From positions 64,041 through 128,040 of the forward strand of contig CBFGTN010000001.1 in assembly GCA_965652075.1 (NCBI GenBank): DNA of 64,000 bases, given 5' to 3'. This DNA comes from an uncultured bacterium. Lineage in GTDB: Bacteria > Chloroflexota > Limnocylindria > QHBO01. Positions 38,126-48,409 of the stretch are shown here, one piece after another. Within the stretch, counting starts at the first letter, position 1, and each line of letters opens with the position of its first letter. Below the pieces are notes generated by a model. The model had not been told where the DNA came from. It did not search any database and saw only the letters and a list, made by a program, of their open reading frames with translations. The translations under genes were made by a program, and so were the position numbers.

Positions 38126-39697
38126 ATGCCGGCCATGTCGCCGACCCGAGCGTCCCTGGCCCTGGGCGCCTGGCCCGCAGTGCTGGCCACCGGGCTCTTC
38201 GTCCTCGTTACCCACTACGTGCATATCGCCGCCGGCGCGCCCCTCGACTTCATGGTGCTCGAGACCTCGTTCGCGCTGCTGTTCCTCGTCGCCGGGGCGG
38301 TGGCGTGGCAGCGACGGCCCACCTCGTTCACCGGACCGATCCTCGTGCTCTCGTCGGCGCTGTGGACGCTCGGCAGCTACGCCCCGACGGGTATCGAGCC
38401 GATCTGGGCGATCGGCTTCGCGTTCGAGGGCTACTACGACGTCGCGCTCGCGTATCTGGCCCTCACGTTCCCGGCCGAGCGGCTTGCGGGCCGCGCACGC
38501 GTCGTGTGGACCCTGCTCCTGGGCGCGTTCCTCGTGCGCAGCGCCGGGCGACTGCTGCTCACCGACCCGCCGCGAACCTACCCCGAGCTCTTCCCGGACG
38601 GGCCGACGAACCCGTTCGCCATCCTCGAGAGCCGCGTGGCCTTTGAGATCGTCGAGGTGGCGAGCAGCGTCGTCATCCTCGTCTGCGTGCTGCTCGTGGC
38701 CGTCATCGCCGCACGACGGCTGCTCGGCAGCCGTTCGTTGACCCGCGCCGTCGTTGGGCCGGTCCTCGTGGCATCGGTCGTCGCGATGGCGTTCGCCGCC
38801 GTCGAGGCGTTCGACTCGGCGTGGTCGACCGCCTTCGGGTCGTCGCTCCTGGTCGTGCCGGAGGAGCTCGGCCTCCTGGCCGGCTGGATCGTTCCGGCCG
38901 GACGGGCGGCGGTGCCGCTCGCCTTCCTGCTCGGCACGCTGCGACTTCGCTCGACCAGCGGTCCCCTGGCGGGGGTCGCGACCCGGCTCGCGCGTGGCGA
39001 TGCGCCGGAGGAGGTCGATGCCGCCCTCGCCGCCTACATCGAGAACCGCGAGCTCGCGGACCTGCTGACCGCCCAGCTGGCCGAGCTGCGCGCGTCACGG
39101 GCGCGGATCGTGGCCGCCGCCGACGCCGAGCGCCAGCGGATCGAGCGAGCGCTGCACGACGGCGCGCAGCAGCACCTCACGGGCATCGCGATGCGCCTCG
39201 AAGAGGCGCGCCAGGCGTCCGGGACCGACCCGGCCACGGCACGGCGCCTGGAGGCCGCGGCCGCCGAGCTGCGCGACGCGACGAACGAGCTCCGCGAGCT
39301 GGCCCGCGGCATCCATCCGGCGATCCTGACGGAGGCGGGGCTCGAGCCGGCGCTCGCGACGCTGGCGCGCAGATCGGCCGTGCCGGTCGACCTGCGCGTC
39401 GAACTCGACGGTCGCCTGCCGACCGCGACGGAGGTGACGGCCTACTACGTCGTCGCCGAGGGCTTGACGAACGTCGCCCGCAGCGCCCACGCGGCACGGG
39501 CGGCCGTCACCGTCGAGCGGCGCGACGGTGGGCTGGCGGTCGAGGTTCGCGATGACGGGGTGGGTGGGGCCGACGCCAGGGCCGGCTCGGGAATCACCGG
39601 CCTCCAGGACCGCGTACGGGCGTTGAACGGACGATTGCAGCTCGACAGCCCTCCCGGCGCCGGCACCACGCTGGAGGTGTGGCTTCCGTGCGAGTGA
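38126..39697 (+). CDS. Sensor histidine kinase (HisKA_3 type), polytopic N-terminus
   Basis: Several TM helices, the H-box ERQRIERALHDGAQQHL, and an HATPase_c domain (EGLTNVARSAHA, DDGVGGAD, GLQDRVRALNG). Confidence 0.85.
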   Translation: MPAMSPTRASLALGAWPAVLATGLFVLVTHYVHIAAGAPLDFMVLETSFALLFLVAGAVAWQRRPTSFTGPILVLSSALWTLGSYAPTGIEPIWAIGFAFEGYYDVALAYLALTFPAERLAGRARVVWTLLLGAFLVRSAGRLLLTDPPRTYPELFPDGPTNPFAILESRVAFEIVEVASSVVILVCVLLVAVIAARRLLGSRSLTRAVVGPVLVASVVAMAFAAVEAFDSAWSTAFGSSLLVVPEELGLLAGWIVPAGRAAVPLAFLLGTLRLRSTSGPLAGVATRLARGDAPEEVDAALAAYIENRELADLLTAQLAELRASRARIVAAADAERQRIERALHDGAQQHLTGIAMRLEEARQASGTDPATARRLEAAAAELRDATNELRELARGIHPAILTEAGLEPALATLARRSAVPVDLRVELDGRLPTATEVTAYYVVAEGLTNVARSAHAARAAVTVERRDGGLAVEVRDDGVGGADARAGSGITGLQDRVRALNGRLQLDSPPGAGTTLEVWLPCE

Positions 39698-40338
39698 TCG
39701 TCGCCGACGACTCCGCGGTGATCCGTGAGGGCGTCGTCCGCATCCTCGGCTCCGGTGGCGCCGACGTCGTCGGCCAGGCGCGGACCGCCGAGGAGCTCCT
39801 CTCGCTCGTCGCCGAGCTGACGCCCGACCTGGCCGTGATCGACATCCGCATGCCCCCGTCCGACACGGCCGGACTCCGCGCCGCCGTGCGAATCCGCGAC
39901 GAGTACGGCGGGCGCATCGGCGTGCTCATGCTCTCCCAGTTCCTGGAGCCCTCCTACGCATTGACGCTCCTCGCCGACGGGGCCGGCGGTGTCGGGTACC
40001 TGCTCAAGGACCGGGTGGCGGACGCGGCCGAGCTGCTCGACGCGGCCCGTCGCGTCGCGGCGGGCGGATCGGCCGTCGATCCCGCCGTCATCGACGAGGT
40101 CGTCCGCAGCCGCTCGACCCAGGAGCGCCTCGCCATCCTCACGCCGCGTGAGCGCGAGGTCCTGGCGTTGATCGCGGAGGGCCGGTCGAACCGATCGATC
40201 GCCGACCGGCTCGCGATCGCCGTGAAGACGGTCGAGGCGCAGGTCGCGACGGTCTTCTCGAAGCTCGGTCTCGAGGCCGACCCCGACGATAACCGCAGGG
40301 TGCTCGCGGTCCTCGCCCACCTCGAGGGCCGCGGCTGA
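39688..40338 (+). CDS. LuxR/NarL-family response regulator
   Basis: GTG 39688 (VRVIVADDS) overlaps the kinase stop. Receiver domain DLAVIDIRMPP plus HTH LTPREREVLALIAEGRSNRSIADRLAIAVKTVEAQV. Confidence 0.9.
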   Translation: MRVIVADDSAVIREGVVRILGSGGADVVGQARTAEELLSLVAELTPDLAVIDIRMPPSDTAGLRAAVRIRDEYGGRIGVLMLSQFLEPSYALTLLADGAGGVGYLLKDRVADAAELLDAARRVAAGGSAVDPAVIDEVVRSRSTQERLAILTPREREVLALIAEGRSNRSIADRLAIAVKTVEAQVATVFSKLGLEADPDDNRRVLAVLAHLEGRG

Positions 40339-40342
40339 CGCG

Positions 40343-41842
40343 CTACTCCTGGTCGACGAACGACATGTCGATCTGGGCTCGCTGGAGCTTGCCCGAGTAG
40401 TCGATGTAGACGCTCTTCCACTCGCTGAAGAAGTCGAGTGCGGCCTGGCCCACCTCGCGATGGCCGTTGCCGGTCGCCTTCGTGCCGCCGAACGGCAGGT
40501 GCGCCTCCGCCCCGATCGTCCCGTGGTTCACGTAGCCGAGGCCGGTGTCGAAGTCGCGGATCGAGCGGAAGGCGAGGCCGATGTCGTTCGTGAACAGCGA
40601 GCTCGACAGCCCGTACTTCACCCCGTTCACGACGCGCACCGCGTCTTCCCACGAGTCGACCGGGATCACCGAGGTGACCGGTCCGAAGATCTCCTCCTGC
40701 GCGATCCGCGCGTCCGGCTTCACCTCGGCGAAGATCGTCGGCGAGAAGAACGAGCCCTTCCCGAGCGCGCCCTCGCGGGCCGGCTCGCCACCGATGACGA
40801 GGTCGGCTTCGCCGCGTCCGATCGCCGCGTACGACGCGATCCGCTCGACGGCCGTCTCGTTGATCACCGGCCCGACGTCGGTCGTCTCCTCGAGGCCGTC
40901 ACCCAGGACGAGCTTGCCGACGCGCTGCTTCAGGCGGCCGACGAAGTCGTCGTGGATCGCCCGATGGACGATGAGCCGCGAGGCCGCGGTGCAGCGCTGG
41001 CCGCTCGTCCCGAACGCCGACCACACGACGCTGTCGAGCGCGAGCTCGAGATCGGCGTCCTCCCAGATCACGATCGGGTTCTTGCCACCGAGCTCGAGGC
41101 TGACGCGCTTCAGGGTCTCCGCCGCGCGACGGCTGATCTCGACGCCGGTGTCGGTGTGGCCGGTGAAGCTGATGACGCGGACGTCGGGGTGGTCGACGAT
41201 CGCGTTGCCGACCTCGCCACCCGAGCCGGTGACGACGTTCACGACGCCCTCCGGCAGCCCGCCCTCCAGCAGGAGCTCGACGAATCGGACGAGGCAGGCC
41301 GGAGTGTCCGACGCCGGCTTCACGACGGCGGTGTTCCCGCAGATGAGCGCCGGGAACAGCTTCCAGGCCGGGATCGCGACGGGGAAGTTCCAGGGCGTGA
41401 TGATCCCGACGACGCCGATCGGCCGCCGAATGGCCATCGCGAACTTGTCGGGCATCTCGGACGGCACGGTCTGGCCGAACAGGCGGCGTCCCTCACCGGC
41501 CATGTAGTAGGCGACATCAATCGCTTCCTGCACGTCGCCACGCGCCTCGGGCAGGACCTTGCCCATCTCGCGCGTCATCAGCCGGCTGAGCTCCTCCTTG
41601 TGCTCCGCCAGCAGGCGCGCGATGCGGAACAGGATCTCGCCGCGCTTCGGAGCGGGCATCGAGCTCCACGCGGGGAACGCGCGCGAGGCGGCGGCCACGG
41701 CCGCGTCGACGTCGGCTGGCCCCGACGCGGCGAACTCGCCGACGACGTCTTCGTGGTTCGCGGGGCTGACACTGGTGAAGGTGGCGCCCGATCCGGCCGG
41801 CTTCCAGTCGGCCCCGATCAGGTTCTGGTAGGTCTTCGTCAC
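40343..41842 (-). CDS. NAD(P)-dependent aldehyde dehydrogenase
   Basis: GTG start at 41842 (VTKTYQNLIG) after GGAGAG. ITPWNFP, ELGGKNP, GQRCTAASR (catalytic Cys). Confidence 0.9.
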   Translation of the reverse strand: MTKTYQNLIGADWKPAGSGATFTSVSPANHEDVVGEFAASGPADVDAAVAAASRAFPAWSSMPAPKRGEILFRIARLLAEHKEELSRLMTREMGKVLPEARGDVQEAIDVAYYMAGEGRRLFGQTVPSEMPDKFAMAIRRPIGVVGIITPWNFPVAIPAWKLFPALICGNTAVVKPASDTPACLVRFVELLLEGGLPEGVVNVVTGSGGEVGNAIVDHPDVRVISFTGHTDTGVEISRRAAETLKRVSLELGGKNPIVIWEDADLELALDSVVWSAFGTSGQRCTAASRLIVHRAIHDDFVGRLKQRVGKLVLGDGLEETTDVGPVINETAVERIASYAAIGRGEADLVIGGEPAREGALGKGSFFSPTIFAEVKPDARIAQEEIFGPVTSVIPVDSWEDAVRVVNGVKYGLSSSLFTNDIGLAFRSIRDFDTGLGYVNHGTIGAEAHLPFGGTKATGNGHREVGQAALDFFSEWKSVYIDYSGKLQRAQIDMSFVDQE

Positions 41843-42068
41843 GGCGCGTGTCTCTCCGGAGCGGCGATGGGGGTGGGCAGCGAGCGTATCGGTTCGTCGC
41901 CCCGCGCGCCAGCGCGGGATTCCCGGGGCGGGCGGGACATTCGCCCCTTGGGCAGGCGGCGAGCGTGTCCGGATGATGGACCCACAATTGAAGAACCGTC
42001 GAGGCGGGATCCTGTAGACCAACGAATACGGGGCTGAAGTAGTGGCACCCCGCCATGACGGCTCGACG

Positions 42069-42109
42069 CCGACGCCGGTCCGGAAGCGGGCCGGCGTCGG
42101 TTCGTGTCT
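42069..42109 (+). terminator. Terminator-like hairpin inside a 400-nt divergent intergenic region
   Basis: CCGACGCCGG (42069-42078) pairs perfectly with CCGGCGTCGG (42091-42100). Tail TTCGTGTCT. No + strand gene lies upstream, so it may be an attenuator or the end of a small transcript. Confidence 0.3.
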
Positions 42110-42243
42110 GGCTCGAGCTCGGTCCGTGGCCCGCGCGACGAGACCGATAAGCGCCCAGTAAGCGGCGGGAAAGATACTCGGCGCCAGGATGGGCACGGAT
42201 ACCCGATGGCCGGCTCGCCTCCGAAGGACAGGAGGCTGCCCCA

Positions 42244-43134
42244 ATGGTTACCAGACGGGTCGGACTGGCCGCGACCGCGGCCGTGCTGATCCTCGTCGCC
42301 GGCGCGCTGCCGGCGTACGCCACCACCCCCGCCCGCCCCGCTCGCATCGCGGAGCGCGCGCTGACCCCGGACGAGCAGGTCGCATCCGAGCGCAAGGTCG
42401 CCGGCGCGATGCGCTACCTCGCTTCCCCGGCGGCCAGATCCTCGAGCCTCGCCTCGCTCGGGTGCGCCACGCCCGAGGGAACGCTGCGCCGCGATGGCCA
42501 CGCGCGGAGCGACGCGTTCACGGCGACGGACTGCGACATCCCAGGGGACTTCCTCGGCATCTTTGCTCGCGATCAGACCAAGGGGCACTACTGCGGGCCG
42601 GCGGTCGGCCAGGTGATCGCGAACTTCACGTGGGCGATGGCCATGGACGCGAACAAGTACTCCCAGTCGAAGATCGCGGGCTGGATGCAGACGGATGCGA
42701 ACGGCGGAACGAGCGCCCCGACCATGGAGGACGGGCTCGAGATCGCCACCGCCGGGGCGCCGCGCCGCCCGCCGGACTGGGACTGGGTCGTCACCTACCT
42801 CAAGGACACCGACCGCGACGGCGTCGTGGGCGACCAGCTGCACGACTACGTCCGGTCCAACGTGAGCGGCAGCCGGATGGCGCTGGCGATCCCGGTGCTG
42901 CCGCATGAGAAGAACGGGCGGTTCCACCTCACCAGCTGGCCGAATCCCGTCAACTCGCCGGGCCACTGGATCGCGGCGTACGGCTGGAAGTACCTCTACG
43001 ACGGTACGGACACGCCGCGGCTGTACTACGCGGACTCGTCGGAGGATGAGGGCGGGTCGACGGGTCGGTTCTGGGACCCGACGCGGCACGTCGCCGGGAT
43101 GATCATGGATCACACCGGGCGATTCGTGTGGTGA
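42244..43134 (+). CDS. Secreted papain-fold (peptidase C39-like) protein
   Basis: Signal peptide LAATAAVLILVAGALPAYA. HYCGPAVG (candidate Cys nucleophile) and GHWIAAYGW (candidate His), as in the Peptidase_C39_2-type fold. Assignment is tentative. Confidence 0.6.
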   Translation: MVTRRVGLAATAAVLILVAGALPAYATTPARPARIAERALTPDEQVASERKVAGAMRYLASPAARSSSLASLGCATPEGTLRRDGHARSDAFTATDCDIPGDFLGIFARDQTKGHYCGPAVGQVIANFTWAMAMDANKYSQSKIAGWMQTDANGGTSAPTMEDGLEIATAGAPRRPPDWDWVVTYLKDTDRDGVVGDQLHDYVRSNVSGSRMALAIPVLPHEKNGRFHLTSWPNPVNSPGHWIAAYGWKYLYDGTDTPRLYYADSSEDEGGSTGRFWDPTRHVAGMIMDHTGRFVW

Positions 43135-44351
43135 TCCGCGCCCGGCGATGGGTGGTCGTGCTGCTCGCGACGGGCGTGTCGGCGATGGCGGGCTGCGCGC
43201 CCGCCGCGCCGACGCCGAGCGCGGCCTCGAGCCCGCTCAGGCCGTCCGCTCCCGCCGAACCGACCGAGCTCGCGGTGCCCTCGCCGTCGGGAACGCCGGG
43301 CCTCGTCGACGAGCTCGACGTCGGGCGCCTCGATCCGGGGCTCACGGACACGATCCTCGAGTTCGCGAGCGATGGCGAGTCGATCCTCTTCTCGTCCGGG
43401 ATCGCCGAGGACGCCGGCCGCCGCGCCGCGCCCGACCTCTGGCGAGTGCGTGCCGGGTCGGGCGAGCCGCCGGAGCTGCTGTGGCGCAATCCGTCGCGCG
43501 ACCACTCGATCGTCCGGATCGCGGGGGACCTCGGCATGGTCGCCTTCGTCGACATCCCGCTCGACGGCTCGCGAGCGTGGGACCTGTGGCTCATCCCGCG
43601 ACACGAGGGAGAGGCGATCCTGCTCGACACGCACCCGGGGGATGCGGAGGTCTCGGGGCTCGTCCCCAGCGTCAGCGTCCAGGAGCAGACCGTGGTGTGG
43701 ACCGCCTTCGACATCGGACCCGACGGACCGATCTCGCAGATGCTCGTGGCGCGCGCGCCGGACTGGGAGCCGCAGGTCCTGCTCGAGCGAGACGCCCGCA
43801 GGCGGGAGCTGTGGTTCCCGTCGCTGCACGGGTCGCGCGTCGCGTTCGGCGAGGTGCTGTACGCGCCCGACCGCCGCTCGGACCGCCGCCGCGTCTACCT
43901 CCTCGACCTCGGGTCGCCGGGCGTGGCGCCGGAACGCCTCGACGGCTCGGACCTCGCGACGATGCCGATCCTCGTCGACGACACGGTCATCTGGAAGGAG
44001 GCCGACCCGGGCTTCAGCATGTTCAACTGGGGCCGCCTCTGGCATCGCGACGTGAACGGGGCGGGACCGGCTCGGCTGGACACTGCACCGGTCGACTACG
44101 TCGACAACCCATCGGCCGGTAGCCGGTTCGTCGCCTGGTGGTCGGCCGATGCGTTCTCGTTCGCCGTCTATGACCTGCTCGAGGACCGGCCGCGCGTCAT
44201 CGAGCGCTACTCGGCGGCCTCACAGGCCAATGTCCTGCGCCCGCACATCGCGTGGGATCTGCTCGTGTGGCTGTACGCCGAGGGCGAGACGAGCGAGGGC
44301 CTCGCCGAGATCCGCTACGCGTTCCTGCCGCCGCTGCGCCCGCCGCCGTAG
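43128..44351 (+). CDS. Lipoprotein, TolB-like beta-propeller (function unknown)
   Basis: GTG start overlaps the upstream gene by 7 nt. Lipobox AMAGC and a Pro/Ser/Ala linker. Repeated W/F-containing strands (VVWTAFD, RVAFGE, TVIWKE, RFVAWW, LLVWLY). Confidence 0.6.
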   Translation: MVIRARRWVVVLLATGVSAMAGCAPAAPTPSAASSPLRPSAPAEPTELAVPSPSGTPGLVDELDVGRLDPGLTDTILEFASDGESILFSSGIAEDAGRRAAPDLWRVRAGSGEPPELLWRNPSRDHSIVRIAGDLGMVAFVDIPLDGSRAWDLWLIPRHEGEAILLDTHPGDAEVSGLVPSVSVQEQTVVWTAFDIGPDGPISQMLVARAPDWEPQVLLERDARRRELWFPSLHGSRVAFGEVLYAPDRRSDRRRVYLLDLGSPGVAPERLDGSDLATMPILVDDTVIWKEADPGFSMFNWGRLWHRDVNGAGPARLDTAPVDYVDNPSAGSRFVAWWSADAFSFAVYDLLEDRPRVIERYSAASQANVLRPHIAWDLLVWLYAEGETSEGLAEIRYAFLPPLRPPP

Positions 44352-44355
44352 GCCA

Positions 44356-45741
44356 TCACGGCCGCGTCATCCGCATGACGTCGAGCGCTTCGTCCAGCTC
44401 GGCCTCGGTCAGCTTCCCGTCGCGCACGTGCCCGCGCTCCACGACGACGTCTCGGATCGAGCGCCGTTCGGCGAGGGCCTGCTTCGCGACGCTCGCCGCC
44501 TCCTCGTACCCGAGGTATCGGTTCAGCGGCGTGACGATCGCCGGTGAGCCCTCCGCGTACTCGCGAAGCCGGTCGAGGTTGGCCGAGATCCCGCTCACGC
44601 ATCGGTCCGCGAGGAGGCGGCTGACCGAGGTCAGCAGGCGGATCGACTCGAGGAGGTTGCGGCCGATGAGCGGCAGCATGACGTTCAGCTCGAAGCTTCC
44701 GGAGGCGCCGGCCCAGGCGATGGCGGCGTCGTTGCCGATGACCTGCGCGCACACCATGAGCGTGGCCTCCGGGATCACCGGGTTCACCTTGCCGGGCATG
44801 ATGCTGCTGCCCGGCTGGAGGTCCGGGAGGTTGATCTCGCCCAGCCCGGCGCGGGGGCCCGAGCCCATCCAGCGCAGGTCGTTCGCGATCTTCGTGAGGC
44901 TCACGGCGACCGTCCGCAGCTGCCCGGACAGCTCGACGAGCGCGTCGCGTGCACCCTGCGCCTCGAAGTGGTCGCGCGCCTCCGTCAGCGGCAGGTCCGT
45001 GGCCGATGCGACCTCGGCGATCACCCGAGCGCCGAAGCCGGGGGGCGAGTTGATGCCCGTGCCCACCGCCGTGCCGCCCAGCGGCAGCTCCGCGACCCGG
45101 GGCAACGTCGCATGCAGCCGCTCGACCCCCATCCGAACCTGGGCGGCATAGCCGCCGAACTCCTGCCCCAGGGTGACCGGCGTGGCATCCATCAGGTGCG
45201 TGCGCCCGGCCTTCACGGCGTCGGCGAACTCGGCGGCCTTCGCCTCCAGCGCCGCGGCGAGGTGCTCGAGCGCCGGCACCAGGTCGCGCTGGACGCCGGC
45301 CGTCGCGGCGACGTGGATCGACGCGGGGAACAGGTCGTTCGACGACATCGGATGGTTGACGTCGTCGTTCGGATGGACCGGACGCCCGAGGCGCTCCCCG
45401 GCGAGGCTGGCGAGCACCTCGTTCATGTTCATGTTGCTGCTCGTGCCGGAGCCGGTCTGGAAGACGTCGATCGGGAACTGCGCATCGTGGTCGCCGCGGG
45501 CGACCTCGTCGGCTGCCCCAGCGATCGCATCGGCAAGCTCGGCATCCTGCAGCCCGTCGGCACGCTTGACCGTCGCGACGGCCGCCTTGATCCGCGCCAG
45601 CGCCTCGATCTGTGCGCGCTCGAGGCGCATCCCGGAGATCGGAAAGTTCTCGACGGCGCGCTGAGTCTGGGCCCCCCACCTCGCATCGGCCGGCACCCGG
45701 ACGTCTCCCATCGAGTCGCGCTCCACGCGCTCAGCCGTCAT
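44356..45741 (-). CDS. fumC: Class II fumarate hydratase
   Basis: Start at MTAERV (45741, ATGA overlap with the upstream stop). [14 protein letters not shown] and the signature [11 protein letters not shown]. Aspartase cannot be excluded by eye. Confidence 0.9.
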   Translation of the reverse strand: MTAERVERDSMGDVRVPADARWGAQTQRAVENFPISGMRLERAQIEALARIKAAVATVKRADGLQDAELADAIAGAADEVARGDHDAQFPIDVFQTGSGTSSNMNMNEVLASLAGERLGRPVHPNDDVNHPMSSNDLFPASIHVAATAGVQRDLVPALEHLAAALEAKAAEFADAVKAGRTHLMDATPVTLGQEFGGYAAQVRMGVERLHATLPRVAELPLGGTAVGTGINSPPGFGARVIAEVASATDLPLTEARDHFEAQGARDALVELSGQLRTVAVSLTKIANDLRWMGSGPRAGLGEINLPDLQPGSSIMPGKVNPVIPEATLMVCAQVIGNDAAIAWAGASGSFELNVMLPLIGRNLLESIRLLTSVSRLLADRCVSGISANLDRLREYAEGSPAIVTPLNRYLGYEEAASVAKQALAERRSIRDVVVERGHVRDGKLTEAELDEALDVMRMTRP

Positions 45742-46190
45742 CGGCTGAAGTCGGGGTTGTCGGCGTCTGTGAAGCGGATGATCGGCGGAATGAGATAGGG
45801 CAGGGCGCCGGCGTCGAGGTCGTCGAGGATCCGGCCCGCCTCGCCGATGAGCTCGTTGACGAAGACCCCCTGGTGCGCCGGCTGGTACGGCCGAAGCTTC
45901 GCGAGGCCCTCCGACAGCTTGCTGCGCGCCCCACGCACGTTCCGACGTTGGAGGTGCAGCAGCCCGGCCGCCACCTGGATCAGGCCCTGGTAGAAGTCGC
46001 GCTGGTCGTCGGGAGCCGCGCGCCACAGCGTCTCCCACGCCTCGTGAGCGTGCCAGTAGCGGACGCCGTTGAAAAGGGCGACGCCGCGCCGGAAGAGCCG
46101 GTCGGCCTCCGCCGGATCCAGCGGCTCGGTGCGGCCCGCCTTCGGGCGGTCGGGATCGCTCGAGGCCGATGGGACGGGCGTCTCGGTCAT
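45738..46190 (-). CDS. DUF309-domain protein
   Basis: [21 protein letters not shown]...[18 protein letters not shown] is the typical DUF309 core. Confidence 0.75.
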   Translation of the reverse strand: MTETPVPSASSDPDRPKAGRTEPLDPAEADRLFRRGVALFNGVRYWHAHEAWETLWRAAPDDQRDFYQGLIQVAAGLLHLQRRNVRGARSKLSEGLAKLRPYQPAHQGVFVNELIGEAGRILDDLDAGALPYLIPPIIRFTDADNPDFSR

Positions 46191-46237
46191 CGCCTCGATC
46201 GTAGCAGGCCGCTCAGTGCCCGCCCGCCTCCGCCACC

Positions 46238-46801
46238 CTAGTCCCGGACGGGCAGGAAGCCGCCGTCTGCGGCCCGCGCGGCGACGAACAGCAGGTCGGC
46301 CAGCCGATTGAGGTACGGAAGCACCTGCGAGTCGGGCAGGTCGCCAGCCTCCGCCAATGCGACCGCACGGCGCTCCGCGCGTCGGACGGTCGTGCGTGCC
46401 AGGTCGATCGCGGCGCCGGTCATCGACTCGCCGGGAACGACGAACTCGGTCGGCTGCTCGACGAGCTCCTCGAGCGCGTCGATCTCGATCTCGAGCGCCG
46501 TCACCATGTCGGCGGTGACGCGCGAGACGCCGTCGGTCAGCCGGTCGCGGCGATCGACGTGCGTGGCCAGCTCGGCGCCGACGACGAAGAGCTCGCGCTG
46601 CAGCCGGAGGATGAGCTCGGCCAGGCGGGCCTCGGTGCGATCGGTCGCCGAGCCGATCGAGGCACGCGCCAGGCCCAGGGCCGAGACGGCCTCGTCGGTC
46701 GTGCCGTAGGCGTCCGTGCGGAGGTCTGCCTTGCTGATCCGATCGCCGCCGTAGAGGAGCCCGGTCGTGCCCGTGTCGCCCTTGCGGGTGTAGATGCGCA
46801 T
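46238..46801 (-). CDS. PduO-type ATP:cob(I)alamin adenosyltransferase
   Basis: The MRIYTRKGDTGTTGL start is typical of the PduO/MMAB family. The ORF is open further upstream to 46882. Confidence 0.85.
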   Translation of the reverse strand: MRIYTRKGDTGTTGLLYGGDRISKADLRTDAYGTTDEAVSALGLARASIGSATDRTEARLAELILRLQRELFVVGAELATHVDRRDRLTDGVSRVTADMVTALEIEIDALEELVEQPTEFVVPGESMTGAAIDLARTTVRRAERRAVALAEAGDLPDSQVLPYLNRLADLLFVAARAADGGFLPVRD

Positions 46802-46857
46802 CTGGGGCATGCTAGCCGGGCGAGCGACTGGCAACCGTCCTGCATGGTCCCTGGCCC

Positions 46858-47289
46858 ATGGCCGAGAAGCCGAAGCGACCACGCGCCCTGGTCGTCAACG
46901 ACACCCAGGAGATCCTCGAGCTGTTCGACGACATCATGAGCGGGCTGGGATTCGAGTCCGTGCTGATGAGCTACGCGCCGCGCGAGCTCGAACGAATCCG
47001 AGAGGTGGAGCCGGACCTCATCATCCTCGACTTCCTGATGGGCGACCGCGAGCTGCTCGGCTGGCAGCTGCTCCAGAAGCTGAAGATGGACCGCGCCCTG
47101 TCAAGGATCCCGATCGTCGTGTGCACCGCGGCGATCAAGGCGGTGCACGAGCAGCAGGGCTACCTCACCGAGCAGGGCGTGATGATCGTCCTGAAGCCAT
47201 TCACCGTGGACCAGCTGGAGGAGGCGGTTCGGGCGGCAATGGAGCAGGGCCCCACTGCGCGACGCCTGCTCGACGAGCAGCGGGACTAG
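46858..47289 (+). CDS. Stand-alone response-regulator receiver domain protein
   Basis: 143 aa. ALVVNDTQE...DLIILDFLM (phospho-acceptor Asp)...VVCTA...KPF. No output domain. Confidence 0.75.
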   Translation: MAEKPKRPRALVVNDTQEILELFDDIMSGLGFESVLMSYAPRELERIREVEPDLIILDFLMGDRELLGWQLLQKLKMDRALSRIPIVVCTAAIKAVHEQQGYLTEQGVMIVLKPFTVDQLEEAVRAAMEQGPTARRLLDEQRD

Positions 47290-47576
47290 AAGAGGCCGGG
47301 TGGCGGCTCCCACCGTTCGGCGAGGAGCGTCACCTTGACCGGGGGCCCGACGACCTCCTCGGTCTTCGTCTTCACCGTCTGGATCAGCTCGCCGGCCCAC
47401 GGGCAGAACGGCGTGGTGAGCACCATCTTGATCTCGGTCGGTGCGCCGTCGGCACCGAGCTCGACGGCCTTGATGAGATCGAGGTCGACGATGCTCATCC
47501 CGATCTCGGGATCGTGGATGTCGTAGAGAGCGGTCATGACCTCGTCCACCTTGGCGAGGTCGGAGTCAATTGCCAC
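47286..47576 (-). CDS. Metal-sulfur cluster assembly factor (DUF59 / MIP18 family)
   Basis: DPEIGMSIVDLDLI...TTPFCPWAGEL is the typical DUF59 core. Confidence 0.8.
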   Translation of the reverse strand: MAIDSDLAKVDEVMTALYDIHDPEIGMSIVDLDLIKAVELGADGAPTEIKMVLTTPFCPWAGELIQTVKTKTEEVVGPPVKVTLLAERWEPPPGLF

Positions 47577-47683
47577 GACACAAGGATACGCTCATGCGCG
47601 GGGGAGCACCCGAGGGCCACCCGTCACGAACCCCTCACGGCGTCGAATGACCCTCACGTCGAGCGCGGGAATTGCCGGATCGG

Positions 47684-48409
47684 TCAGCGCAGGGCGGTGT
47701 CGTAGACCGGGTGCGGCGCGGGAACCAGGGGACGGACGCGCTGGTATCCCTCGTGGACGGGTGCCTCCGCCTCGATCGCGGCCCGGAGTGCGGCGATCTG
47801 CTCGGCCGTATCGGTCTGGCTGGCATGGCACTCGAGGGCGGCGAGCTTGCGGTCGGCGACGGCCGTGACGTCGATGCGGTGCGTCGCCGCCTGCTCCTCC
47901 GGCGAGAGGTCGTACAGGGAACCGGCCGGGTCGAAGACCGGGGAGATCACGTACACGGCGTTCGGCGCCTGGCCGCTGTCGGCGAGCCGCTCGACCGCCC
48001 ACCGCGTCGCGTTGCCGACGGCGATGTGGTCCGGATGGCCGGTCACCCCGTGGGGCCCGAACGTGATGACCGCATCGGGGCGCCGATCGGCGAGCCAGGA
48101 TGCGATCTCGCCGACGAGTCGATCGAACGGCTCGTCGGCCACGCCGCCGTCCGCGTACCCGTCGAGGATCGAGACCTCGTCGAGGCCGATCGCCTTCGCC
48201 GCGCAGATGAGCTCCGCCTCGCGGATGCCCCCGAACTTCGGGTCCGGCTCCCCGTCAGCCGTGCCGGCCTCGCCGCGCGTGGCGACGAGCAGGCGCGTCG
48301 TGACGCCGTCCGCATGAGCCAGGGCGAGCGCTCCGCCACATCCGACAGTTTCGTCGTCGGGATGGGCGAGCACGGCGGCCAGGCCGCCCGGCGCGATCTC
48401 GTAGCTCAC
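47684..48409 (-). CDS. PIG-L (LmbE-like) family deacetylase
   Basis: GTG start. AHPDDETVGCGG, HPDH. Confidence 0.85.
   Translation of the reverse strand: MSYEIAPGGLAAVLAHPDDETVGCGGALALAHADGVTTRLLVATRGEAGTADGEPDPKFGGIREAELICAAKAIGLDEVSILDGYADGGVADEPFDRLVGEIASWLADRRPDAVITFGPHGVTGHPDHIAVGNATRWAVERLADSGQAPNAVYVISPVFDPAGSLYDLSPEEQAATHRIDVTAVADRKLAALECHASQTDTAEQIAALRAAIEAEAPVHEGYQRVRPLVPAPHPVYDTALR

Noticed and set aside
41843-42243. c-di-AMP (ydaO) riboswitch upstream of the secreted peptidase-like gene.
   Set aside because: Only a weak resemblance (ACCCGA..CCG..GC..CCTC..AAG) to the 3' part of the consensus. The conserved GGGGUGAAUC and GGGGA.CCA blocks are not found. I left it as an unassigned structured region.
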